Of a stretch of DNA of 64,000 nt, positions 14,172 through 25,000 are shown in pieces. Source of the stretch: Klebsormidium nitens (taxonomy: Eukaryota > Plantae > Klebsormidiophyceae); NCBI GenBank assembly GCA_000708835.1, contig DF237056.1, positions 62,001 through 126,000 of the forward strand. Reading direction: 5' to 3'. A program made the translations under genes and the position numbers. The stretch's first letter is position 1. Each line of letters begins with the position of its first letter. The notes beneath the pieces were generated by a model. The model did no database searches. It worked only from the letters and a program-made list of their open reading frames with translations, and was not told the origin of the DNA.

Positions 14172-17150
14172 CTAGCAACCTGGAAAAGTGGTCCTGGGCG
14201 GGACCCCGCAATTGGGGACGCAAAGCCCTCCTACAGAGGACCCTGGGAAACTGTAGCGCACTCCGCGGCAGACGCCGACGCAGCTGTACGTTTGGCGGGG
14301 GCAGTTGCGGTCGGTGAGGCACCGTCGGCAAGCGCGGCAATCGACGACGTTAGAATGGCAGGTAGCATTGCCGAGCGCAGGGTCGCCGCCCACGTACGAT
14401 TCGCAGAGGCAGGGCGGTCCACGGATGAAGGGGAAGAAGGGGGTGGGATGTTGAGACACTCGCTGCCGGCCGGTTGAGTGCACGGGATGGCTGCGCGACA
14501 AGGGGCAGATAGTAAGACTCGGAAAGGGTTTTTGAAACGTGTGGGCAATCAACGGACGTTGCGGGCTCTTTCGCTGTTCCGGACGTTCGGTACTCGCTGC
14601 CGCCGCCGGCCGGCCGGCCGAGAGCACCCACAGGAGTTTTCGGTCCTTAACCAGGGATGGTTGTGGGCTGGTTAAGAAGAGGTTAACTGTCCAGTGACCA
14701 GACCCAGCCTTGAACTAAGGTTGAAGACTGGTTATCTGTCCATCAACCTGAGACTCGAGTCTGGTAAAGCCCGGTTAGCGAGCCAAACCTTTCTGTGACC
14801 GATGGAAGCGTGACAAGGGGAAGGATTTCAGGTTCTGAAAGTGTGTCCAATAGAAGCGAGCAGTTTACTGGTTCGAACGTTGCCGACGCTTTTTTCCATT
14901 TCCCATTTCCGGACATTTGATGTATGTAGACGTTACGGCCCAGTTTCGCTGCGGTTGAGCCCTTTTACAAGTGGGCTTGGTTGCAAGTTCGCCGCAAGTG
15001 AAAGGTTTCTTAGAATTTGGGTACACAAGTTGTGCGATTTTGGCACTTGAATTCAGCTCTCGATTCGTTCTGTTACTCCCTCTCCTTGTCACTTACTCAT
15101 TCTAGCCTTTACGAATACGAAATGGAAATGCAGCAGTGCATAGCGAGAAAACAGGGACCAGATCATTGATAATTGACAATGCGAAGAAACGTATCAGAAT
15201 GGGGCATGGGAGAGGCGACCCTTACCCCGATAGGGCAGCACCGGAAACGGCTCTGGCAATGCTGTTGATAAGGGGGGCAGTAACCCGGCGCAGATCACTG
15301 CCACCTGCATATGAAAAGGAAAGGCAGTCAAGTCGCGCTCCTTTTTGTTTTTTCCGCCGTCCAAAGGGCAAAGCTCCCGGAATTTTCTCAGAGGACGTCT
15401 ATCGATCAAGAAGAAAGCCTAAGTAATCGCTCACAAAATGCTGAAGATTCAACAACTAGAGAGTGGTTGACGTTGAAAAGGTTGCCTTTGGAAAGAAAGT
15501 GATCCGGCCTGTGTCAAGTGCTCACAGCGGGGTCCCTGTCGCTCAAAACTATTGAGTGAGACGGCCTGTACTCGAAAGCACTCGGCTGCGAGAAGAGAAA
15601 ATGACCAAAGGAGAGCCGTCCCGTCAAGCTCTTTGAATCCGGTGAAAAGCTAGTGACGTCCGAGACCCGGGCACATCACCGCAATCTCGACCGGGGGGCA
15701 GACGCGAAGGTGGAAGTTCTTGTTGCCGTAATTTCAGAATCTGTAATCCTAGATTCTGAAGCCTTCCGGGCATACTCATGGCCGTCTCGACCGGAGTTAT
15801 GGTAACGATGAAGATGCTGGTTGCTTTGAACCCTGACACCCGTCCTTCTGAAACAACCAGAAAACCCCCCCGGAATACTTACCGCAATCTCGACCGGAGC
15901 AACAGTGGAGGAGGAAGTGTTGGTTGTCACCGGGTTGAAGGAGAAAATGCCGGGCGGCGGGGGGGCGCCGGGTGCGCCCCCGTTGAAAGGGGAGCTCTCG
16001 GGCAGTGTCCCAGGCGTTGTCCCAAGCTGGCTGCGTATGGCGATCGTGTCGATTAGATTGGGGGCAGGACCGTCAGTGGGGGCGAAAGCACCAATGGAGA
16101 AGCTGCTGTTTGGGAGCTGCAGCAAGAAGAGAAGTTTGAGGACCCATCAGCGGTCTTAGGCGTTTGGGATTTCTAAAGTACTGGAGTGGTTTGGTTTATT
16201 GCTTCTCAGACGTGCGCAGGGGCCGGTCAGGGACGCGGGATTCACTTGGGAGTCACGTCAAGGTCACACGTCAGGAAACCTTAAGGAGAAGGGACTTATG
16301 TCCGGGTGGCTATTGAGATTGGACTAGCACAGAAGTACAGATACTTTGCAACGGAGCATGCTTCATGGAGCCATGAGAGAATCGTCTTGCAATCAGGCTT
16401 GGGTTTCGAGCAGACGAGAACACGTTTTACTTCGAGTTTCTCAGAGAAGTTTCTCACCGCTCGCGCACCGTCGATTTTCACCAGGAGCAGGTTCCCCTGC
16501 GATCCGCCGACCGGAATGTCATACGTGCCATTCGCCGGGGTGGTCGTATTGGTGGCCGGGTCGTAAGTTTGCCAGAAGTCATTGTTGGCTTGGTTGCTGC
16601 CCAGTTGGATCCGCACGGGGACCACACACGCATTGGTTATGTTAACCCGGGCGATACGCAGGGTTTGTTGGGGCACCGCGCCACCTGTCATTGGGGGAGA
16701 CATTCCGTTAATCGAAGAGCTTACCGCTTGGTTAGTTGCCCAGTTATCAGGCGCTTTTGGTGGTAGAATGTGCAGAATGACCTTAGAACCAACCAAGGGC
16801 GATGTCCCAGTTTGGGTTTGGGTCAGAATTGGCGAGGAGGCACATAGCGAGCAAGGTACGCGGCTCCTGCTTAACAGCGTTGTAATCTTATTGTCAAAAA
16901 CAAAACGCAAGTCACGGCTTGCCACCTGAACAGAAGGGACCCGGAGCCGTCCTATTGACTGCAGGCTGAGAAAAGAAGCATCGACAATATGTCACTTTAA
17001 TATGGAATCAGAAGCCGCTAATGCTGTCTCAAAATGACGCAGAGAAAGCTCACCCTGCTGAGCCGCCACGAGAGCGAGCGTCGACCCCATTAGCAGGACG
17101 GCGAGGATCCCAGCAGCTGCCGAGGCGAAACAATGTTTGATTGGCGCCAT
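14172..17150 (-). CDS. Secreted protein of unknown family: signal peptide, Pro/Gly linker, Cys-rich C-terminal domain; apparent frameshift in the last exon
   Basis: Phase-consistent exons 17150-17054 (MAPIKHCFASAAAGILAVLLMGSTLALVAAQQ, signal-peptide-like), 16753-16458, 16116-15883, optional 15585-15526 (60 nt), 15304-15226 and 14490-14172. The last exon enters in the frame IPCTQPAGSECLNIP, but the C-ending-codon, Cys-rich frame continues one base shifted after the 5-base G/C run at 14439-14443. Confidence 0.65.
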
Positions 17151-17500
17151 AGTCTCACAGAAGCTGGGTGCTTGGGAATGGGTTTCGAGAAGCGATCTCG
17201 GAGCTGTTTTTGAAGTGGTAAGACAAAAACGTTCTGAATGCTATTCGTATGGCCCGACCGCGTTTAGTCGGTCTAAGAGCTCATGAAGTCCATGTGCAAA
17301 CCAGAGTCAATACTCAAAGTGGTCCTTCTGAGTCAAAGGACAACCTGTCGTCTTAGATTGCTTGACATTTCTCACGCTCCGCCGTTGAGAAGGCTCATGA
17401 GCAGCTTTCTTGCCTTGTTGGACAGCAGTCAACGTTGGAGCCGTGAGCAGTGCCGTTCAACCGAACAGCGCGCTCGGCCGCACGTCCGACCTTCTAGGAT

Positions 17501-17801
17501 CAGAGACCGCACCGAACGGCCAGCCCGCAACTCTGCTCCTTTGACCCTGGCGCCAGCGTGGGAAAAAATCACCGCAAAATGTTGGCAGCCAGCCAGGAAA
17601 GAACCATAACCGGGCCGGAAAATTCCAAGATTTGGTCTTTTTACCGAAATCTATGGTATTTTGCCAGCAAACCCATTACTTTACCGGGAGTTTTTGAAAA
17701 TCTGCCAGGATTTACCCAAAAATTCCCATGGCTAGCGCCAGGGGAAAAAAGCCCAAATATAGGGTCTGGTTGCACAGGGTCTACCTTCGGTGCGGTCCCC
17801 G
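17501..17801. mobile_element. Foldback/MITE-like element, 301 bp
   Basis: Terminal inverted repeats CAGAGACCGCACCGAA and (reverse complement) CGGGGACCGCACCGAA match at 14/16. Internal inverted repeat CCCTGGCGCCAGCGTGGGA (about 17545) versus TCCCATGGCTAGCGCCAGGG (about 17724). Flanked by direct TAGGAT (17495-17500 and 17802-17807). Confidence 0.7.
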
Positions 17802-17864
17802 TAGGATAGCTCCGGGGTCAGCAATAATGTTAGCATCGAGAATAGCAACGAGGGAGTCAGAGCC

Positions 17865-17968
17865 GAGATTGGCGACGAGGTCAGCGACAAAGTTAGCAAC
17901 GAGGTTAGCGACGAAGTGAACGACGAGGTTAGCAACGAATTCAAGTAATTAGCTACGAGATTAGAGAC
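17865..17968. repeat. 12-bp minisatellite, consensus GAGGTTAGCRAC, about 7-8 degenerate units
   Basis: Units read directly: gagattggcgac gaggtcagcgac aaagttagcaac gaggttagcgac gaagtgaacgac gaggttagcaac. Confidence 0.8.
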
Positions 17969-19032
17969 GAGGCACGCTCCGATGGCGGCACGCTGGAAGT
18001 GCACCGTTCTGCTTCCTGCGAAAGTGCCACGTGAGTTGAGAGAGGCCCTCTCTGACGCTTGCTTTTTGTTGGGAATCGACAAGTTGGATCGAACATGACG
18101 TGAATGGCAGTCGACAGATCATCATCGGAATTGATTGGAAGAATCTGTGACTCTTCACGCCGAAATTGTTTGGATGTTTCCAACGAGGTCTGCGTGTCGG
18201 TCAAACATGATTTGGCAGCGTATTGCACGTTGCATCTCTGCTCGGTTACTTGATTGAGAGCCTTACGGTAAGCTGATCGAGGAAAATATACTACGACTTT
18301 CCAGAAACCGTTCTTGCTCCGATCATCAGAAGACGCCGAGAAGGGACTGGGACGGAGGGAAGCCTTTAACCTTGCGGAAAGCAAAGCCGCGTAAGGGCAG
18401 TTGATGTTGAATTGGTACTTAATTCAACAAATGATGAAGGCACGCTGAGTGGCAAGCGTCGATCTGCATGATCGGAAGGGTAGTTGATCGAGTTATAGTG
18501 CACCAATGTATCGTAACTAGTCTATACATACACGACGGTGCAAGGAGTACGAGCTAGATGCAGTAGAGTCGATCAATGGGCCATGATGGGCCACGCCGCG
18601 GCCAGTCTCGGAATGGGCCTTGCAAAGATTCAGGCATCTCATGAATTTTGTGCATCATGGTGTATCACTAGAGGTGTAAGACAACCATCGAGTGTACGCT
18701 TGCCACGCCTGTAGCCTGGGCCATGCCAAGCGGGCTGGGGCGGTCGCAGTTGAACAGATCCTTACGAGAGGCTCCACCTCGAAATCAAGCATGTGGCATG
18801 CTGACCAACGACCTCCTAGCACTGCAATGGTCTTCGGCCATTATACCATCATTTTTGCTCAACAACCGTGCACTACCATCGTACTTTACAAAGATTACCG
18901 GGTTCCTCTGTTCGACAGAACAGCTGTTCGGCTCGTTCTTCATGACCCACTGCATCACAGATCTGTACATCAAGCTCGAAAAAGTCCGACCCTCCACTAT
19001 CGGTCCTCAATCTCTCTACTCATCCGTGAAAA

Positions 19033-22000
19033 TCACACGTTGTTTGCTTGCAGCTCCGCGGCTTGGTTCAGCAGTTGCTCTAGCATGTCACGGAAGCTTT
19101 CGTCTTCCGGACCCGCAGCCTCTCCCATCAATTCCCCGATCCGTTCCTGGTGCATTTCCTTTGCATCCGGCACCCTATAAGCAGGCCCCGGGCCTCCGTG
19201 ACCGGGCGGAATGGGAGCCCCCCCCGCTTGCGACTTCTCGACACTGGCTTGTGTCGAAGGACCCTGCTCCGGCATCGGTGCTGGAGGCGGCGGCAGGGTT
19301 TGTGGGTTGTGTACCGGGTTAGAGTTCTGGACCGGGCTAGGATTCTGGACTGGGTTGGGGTTTTGAACTGGGTTTGGGTTAACGCCCTGCCCGCTGAGAA
19401 CCTGCAGCAAATCAGCAAACTTTTGCACCTCAGATGCGATCTGCTGGGGGGGCGCCGGCATGGGTGGAGGTGGGGGGGGGAGCGTGTGGCTCGCAAAAGG
19501 GGCGGCCCCGTTTGGCCGCGGCGGCGGGGGGCTGAATATTGCCGTATAAGCCGCCTGCGGCCTGGCCGACTGCTGAGTATAAGCGGGCGGCGCAGGTTGC
19601 TGGCCACGTGGATAAGGGGGCAGCGGGGGTGGTGGAGCGGGGGGGTGGTTGAACTGACTAGCATATCCTGGCCGGGCGGGATCATAAGCTGCCGGAGGGT
19701 GGTTGAAAGGGGGCCTTCCAGGCGGTGGACGAGCCGCATAAGCGGGCGGCAGGGACTGGTTCGGGCCATAAGCGGGCGGGCGAGGTCCGAAGCTCGGTGC
19801 TGCGCTCGTAGGCTGGGGTGGGTAAGGGGCCGACTGGCCGCTCGCGTATGGAGCTGAATGTCCCGGGTATGGGGCTTGCTGAGGGGGATAAGCGGACGGC
19901 TGGCTCGTATAAGGCGTCGAGGGGGGCATCGGGAAGTTTGTAGATGAGGATCTGGAAGGTACATAAGGGAGCGGGGGTGCTGTGGGGGGAGGAACCGGCT
20001 TCACGGGGGGGGGGTTCAGCAGAGTCTCCTGCACCGAGTGGTATCAGATGGTCAGAACGGATGAAAGCTGGCTATGTCCAATCTACAAAATAGAAACCAT
20101 GATGCATAGCATGGTAGTCGTGATAGCTGTTTTCTTTGAATCAATGAGAGAACCACATCCAAGGGTAGTTCTCACCCACACAGATAAAAGCGAGACCACA
20201 ACTAAAGATGATACTCGTCTACGAAATGAACCAGCTTTAACTTGCTCTGCTCTGAGTGACAACCGTCGGGTTGCCACTCGTGCTGTCTGTACCGTCCAGA
20301 TAATCTGCTTCACCAACTGTGCTGCTTAGGCATGCCCTTCAAATCTTCGATCTATTCTCAAGGGTCGTCTTCATCTTGTCAATCATCGTGAAACTCAGCT
20401 GCTACTCTTGGCAAATCGTCCGAAGGAGCAAACAGGCGGCTGTTGCTTCCATGACAAGCGCAACCTTTTGTCCAAGGCACCGCATAACGGAGACACCGCC
20501 TTGCTTGCTTAACTAGACCAGGGGGAAAGGTAACGTGCCCGAGCATCAACAAACACTACAGAACTCCCCCGACTTCAAATTGCACGGAAACGTGCGAACT
20601 GAAGAATGGCCGTACCATTGCGGACGACAACAGCAGAGATAGCCAAACCGGCAATATTTAGTTACGCCCTACCTCGCTTGACCCGCTAACCTAGGGAACT
20701 GATGCTTGTCAACGCCAAAAACCTAAAGTGCCCCTCACTTCGACACGCAGTATATATGCAGACAGAGACATGGTCGTACCATCGCTGACGACAGCAGGAG
20801 AGACTGGCGGACCGGGGGGGGCCGCCGGGGGTCTTTCAGGATCGATTTGGCGGGCGCTTTGCCGCCCCCCGGCGGACCCAAGGCAGCAACCGGCCCCTGA
20901 AGAGGCGGGGGGCGCGACTGGATCGGCCGGTAAGAGGAAGCGGCTGGACCGGGCTGCAGAGTGAAAGGGGAGCCAGTGAGAGAATCAAAAAAACAAATCC
21001 AGATCTCAGATGGAGCAAGTAACTCGGAACTCTCAGACATTTCACCCGCACTTCGCAAATTCGAACACTCCAGAACAACGTGAACGCAAAGATTAAGGCT
21101 CGAACCGAAAGCGGGTATACAAAGCAGACAGCGATCGGCGATCCTCACTTCGGCGGGCTCCTTGAGCATTTCGTCGTACCTCATAGGTTCCCTCGACCCC
21201 GGAACCCCGTATCTCAATACATGCCCCGCTGTTTGCACTTACAACTTAGAAAAAGACTTGAAAGATGGGAGAACACCGAGGAGTGACGACTGAAAGCAGG
21301 TCAACAAAGGAGTGCTTGAAATCACAGATCTCACCTTGGCGGGCTCTTTGAGCAGTTCGTCATAGGTCATGGCGTGCGGGCTGCGCGGTGCGTTCCCGTT
21401 GGGCCGCCCCTTCTTGGCGCCCACCTCCTGGAACACCACCTCGCGCAGCTCGTAGCGCACGCGCGGGTTGCCGAACATCGTGTTCGCGCGGCAGTACTTG
21501 AACGCAGCGTCCGCGTCCTCGCTGCGCTTGAATACCACCTGAAAGGAAGGACAATCAGGATCTCAGAACGCTCCTGGCAGCAGGGAAACGATTCTAGAGG
21601 TCGCCAAGACGCGTGTTGCTCTGGTAGATTTTCCAACGCCTTTGCATCCTCACTGCGCTTGATTACCACCTGGGAGGCGGGGAGGTGAGGTCTCAGACAA
21701 AGAGCGTCAGCAGGGAATAAAGGTACGATAATCATTGAACGTTGTGCTGGCGGGGTGATACTTGAAGGCCGCATCCGCTTCTTGGGGCGCTTGAGCACCA
21801 CCTCGGGGTGGGCACGTCAATCACAAGATCAAAATCCGAGAAGCGCCTGTCAACGGTCTACTTACTCGACAGGCCGTTGAAAGCGGTAACAGTCCTCCGA
21901 ACCGTGCTTAAACACCGCGGTGATCCAACGGCAGAGTTTACTGCGCACTCTCATGACGAAAACATGCCATCAGATGCATCTGAACCCGTTGGTCGTTTGC

Positions 22001-25000
22001 TTCAACGTCTGCTCAAAAGCAGGGCCTATATACTCTCAACCTACACACGAATCACCATCGCCCACGTTGAGAATCTGCTCGCACTCCGTCGGTCTCCCAC
22101 CTGAGCTGCAGACTTGTGCGGCAGCACGCGCGTCGCCCCCCGGTACGTCGCAAGCTCCCCAAACCGCACGAAGCTCGCCTTGAGCTGCGCCTCCGACGGC
22201 ACCGCAAACCGCTCCGGGAAGCGCATGAACAGTGCGAGCGGCTCAAACGGCTTAGCGGGGGGCTCCCCTGCTGCCGCCTTCCCACCCCCCTCGGAAGCTT
22301 TTGGTGACGTTAGGCCCCCCTTGGGTGACGTCACTCCCTTGTCGGACGCCTTTGGTGACGTCGGGCCCCCCTTGACGCCCAGCATGCGGCGGCGGAACTC
22401 GGCGATGCGCTCAGCCGGGGTGGACGTACCGACTTGCTTGCGGGGGGGAAGAGCTGCAAAGGGTGGGCAGGGGTGATATTTGGGTCGTAATCCTAAGCAG
22501 ATTCTCAAGAGTGTTGTCCGGAAGGAGCCTTGGCAATGCTTCCCGACTGATTTTTCTCTGATCTGAGGCCCTGACCCGAGATATTGTGATGAGTAACATA
22601 CCAGTGATACACAAGAGTTTTTAGGGGACCGTTAGGCGACGGTCGAATCGAACAAATCGCGAGCCCCGGCTTTGCCACGGGATTGACAAAATGGGAAGCA
22701 GATGCCAATCAGTGTTTCTGTCAACGTGACGGACGGCAGAAAGAAACCCGCGATGAGCCCTTTTGAAAAGCAGAGAGTGCATATTTAGGCCTGGAAAACC
22801 TTGCGAGATGCTCTCCACTTTGAGTAAGCCGTCACTACAGGCAAGTCTTCTCGACACAGCGAAAGAAGGCAGCATACTGCAACACATACCAGAGTCCGCA
22901 TGTATCTTCATCCGCTTCTGCAATGGCACGTCCTCGTCGGTCGATTCCTCTTCTTCCCCCTCGCCGCCCTTCTTCTCCCCCTCTCCTCTCTCTTTCTTTT
23001 CGGGTTCTTCCACCTTTTCCTTCTTCTTCCTGACCCGTTTCACTTTTGGCTTCTCCCCCGTCTCCTCTCTCTTCGTAACGGGGGCCTCCTTCCACCGCTT
23101 GGGAGCCCCCCCCTCGATAGAAATGCGGACAGCATTTTGGGGCGCCTTGCGCTTTTCGGCTGCCGGAAGTGGAGCCCGCGGCGAGATCCCGGCGGCGTAG
23201 TTGAACGAGCGCTGGTATCGTGCCTTGGCGCGGGCGATCTGGTACTGCCGATAGTCGACGTATTTGGCCGAAGTCGCACGGAATTCCTCGCTGGCAGGGT
23301 CGCTGCAAAACGCGTAAGAAGCACTGAAACGAAGAGTATTTTCGTTGAATAAGCTGACAAGGAAAATTTGCAATTAACGATGGTGAAAAGTTGGCCGGTT
23401 GACGAGATATGTAAGATCAGGGGCTGGTTGTAGGAGCTTTATGAAGCAGTACTCTCAGGGATGGGGACAGCGACTGGGCTTGAGCCAACGCTTGAGATGC
23501 CCAGTTAAAAAGGCATTATGTTTGGAAAGCCACAACTTTGATCTGGGCCATAGAAGGACGTGTCGAATTGAGCCCACTGCAGCAAAGAACGATGTGATGC
23601 TGAATACGAGCAGGTCGTCACTGCGTTTCTTGAGGATCGCTTCTTTCCCTTACAAAAGATGTACGATCCGACATGTGCGACTCGTTGATCTAGAACCGTG
23701 GCTCACTTTTCGATTGGCTCCTGCGCAATTGTCCGCAGCCTGTCCAGCAAAGCCCCCAGCTCTTCGCCCGCCTCGTCTCTTGTCGCCCGCTTAACCTTCG
23801 GCGCAACAATCTTGACCTCTTTCCTTATCCTGCGCGCCTCTGTTCCAGGAGACGCTAACCCGTTTCCCTCCCCCTTACCCCCCTCTTTCGGCTGACCCTG
23901 AGCTTCGCCGCTTGCGTCTCGCCCTCTTTCCGGCCGCCCTTGATTGCCCGAACCGTTCTCCTCCCCCGCTCCACCCGCATCGTTTTTGTCCCTTCCTTCG
24001 ATGTCGTCTATCGCCGCGACCAACGTATCGAACTTGGCGCTCGGGCTAACCCCCTCCGTTTCTTTTGCCCGCTTTCTCCGCCGCTTCTTCTCCGAACCAT
24101 CACTGGGCGTCACCGAGTCCCCTTCTTTGGGCGTCTTTTTGCCACGTGGCTTTCCCTTCGGCCACCCACGTCTCTTCTTTTCCGGCTCGCTCCCATCCCC
24201 TTTGCTCGCGGGCGCACTCGAAACTTTCGGAGTTTTGGGCGTCTTCGGAGGTTTGGGGGTTTTGGGCGACGCGAGAATCGGCACATCGTCGTCGCTCGAC
24301 TCTACGTTTGCGGACTTTGGTTTCGGCTTTCTTTTGGGTGCTTCTTTTGGAATCGGTCGCCAGCCCGGCAGCAATCCGGCCTTGGCGGGGTGCTCTTTCT
24401 CCTCGTGGTGAATCACGCTGCGGTACGCCAGCGCCTGGATGCGGGATGCCTCGTCCGGTGGACTGCGAGAAGAAGACAAGAGGTGTGTTCAGTGTTTTAT
24501 GTACGACACGACTGAATGTGCGCGACAGTACAGAATTCGAGGGAGAAAACCAGAAGGTAACACTGCAAAGACAAGCTGTTGCACAACTGCGGAACAACCA
24601 GTTCAACACATTGCGGGCCAATATGCAGGAACCTACTATCCGACCCCCTCGCATGAGCGAAGGGTTTTGCATGCAAATAAGCAGCTTCTCTTCTCGTTCT
24701 TAAAGACTGGTCGCACTGGATCCTGTCCAACATTCGCACTGCATGGGCCATGGTTTTCAAAATTCCTAAGACTCCAAAAGTTGGCTGGAAAAAACCATTA
24801 CCAGCAACACAGCTCCGTCTGAACTCCAGGAGCCACTCAGCGCCCAGCAGGTCAACCAAAGAGTATCACTTGGAAGTGCAAGGACCTACACCTTTGGCAT
24901 GCTCCCCCAAACAAGAACAAGAACGAAAGAACAAGAAGGGAAGCACAAGAACAGAGAAAAAGAAGAAGGGACCCAGCAGGGAAAGAAGAAAGAGGAAAAG

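Noticed and set aside
14076-14477. Plus-strand Ala-rich ORF
   Set aside because: Antisense shadow of the Cys-rich last exon on the minus strand.
16718-16760. Possible 40-nt intron inside exon 2 of the secreted gene
   Set aside because: Removing it introduces an in-frame stop, and it is shorter than other introns here.
18581-18620. Three TGGGCC (site II-like) motifs
   Set aside because: No adjacent transcription start can be supported; about 1.4 kb from the nearest ATG.
19128-19964. Long overlapping ORFs (278 aa minus, 235 aa plus) in the PWWP last exon
   Set aside because: Alternative frames of GC-rich Pro-coding sequence; the 19033 frame has the conserved C-terminus.
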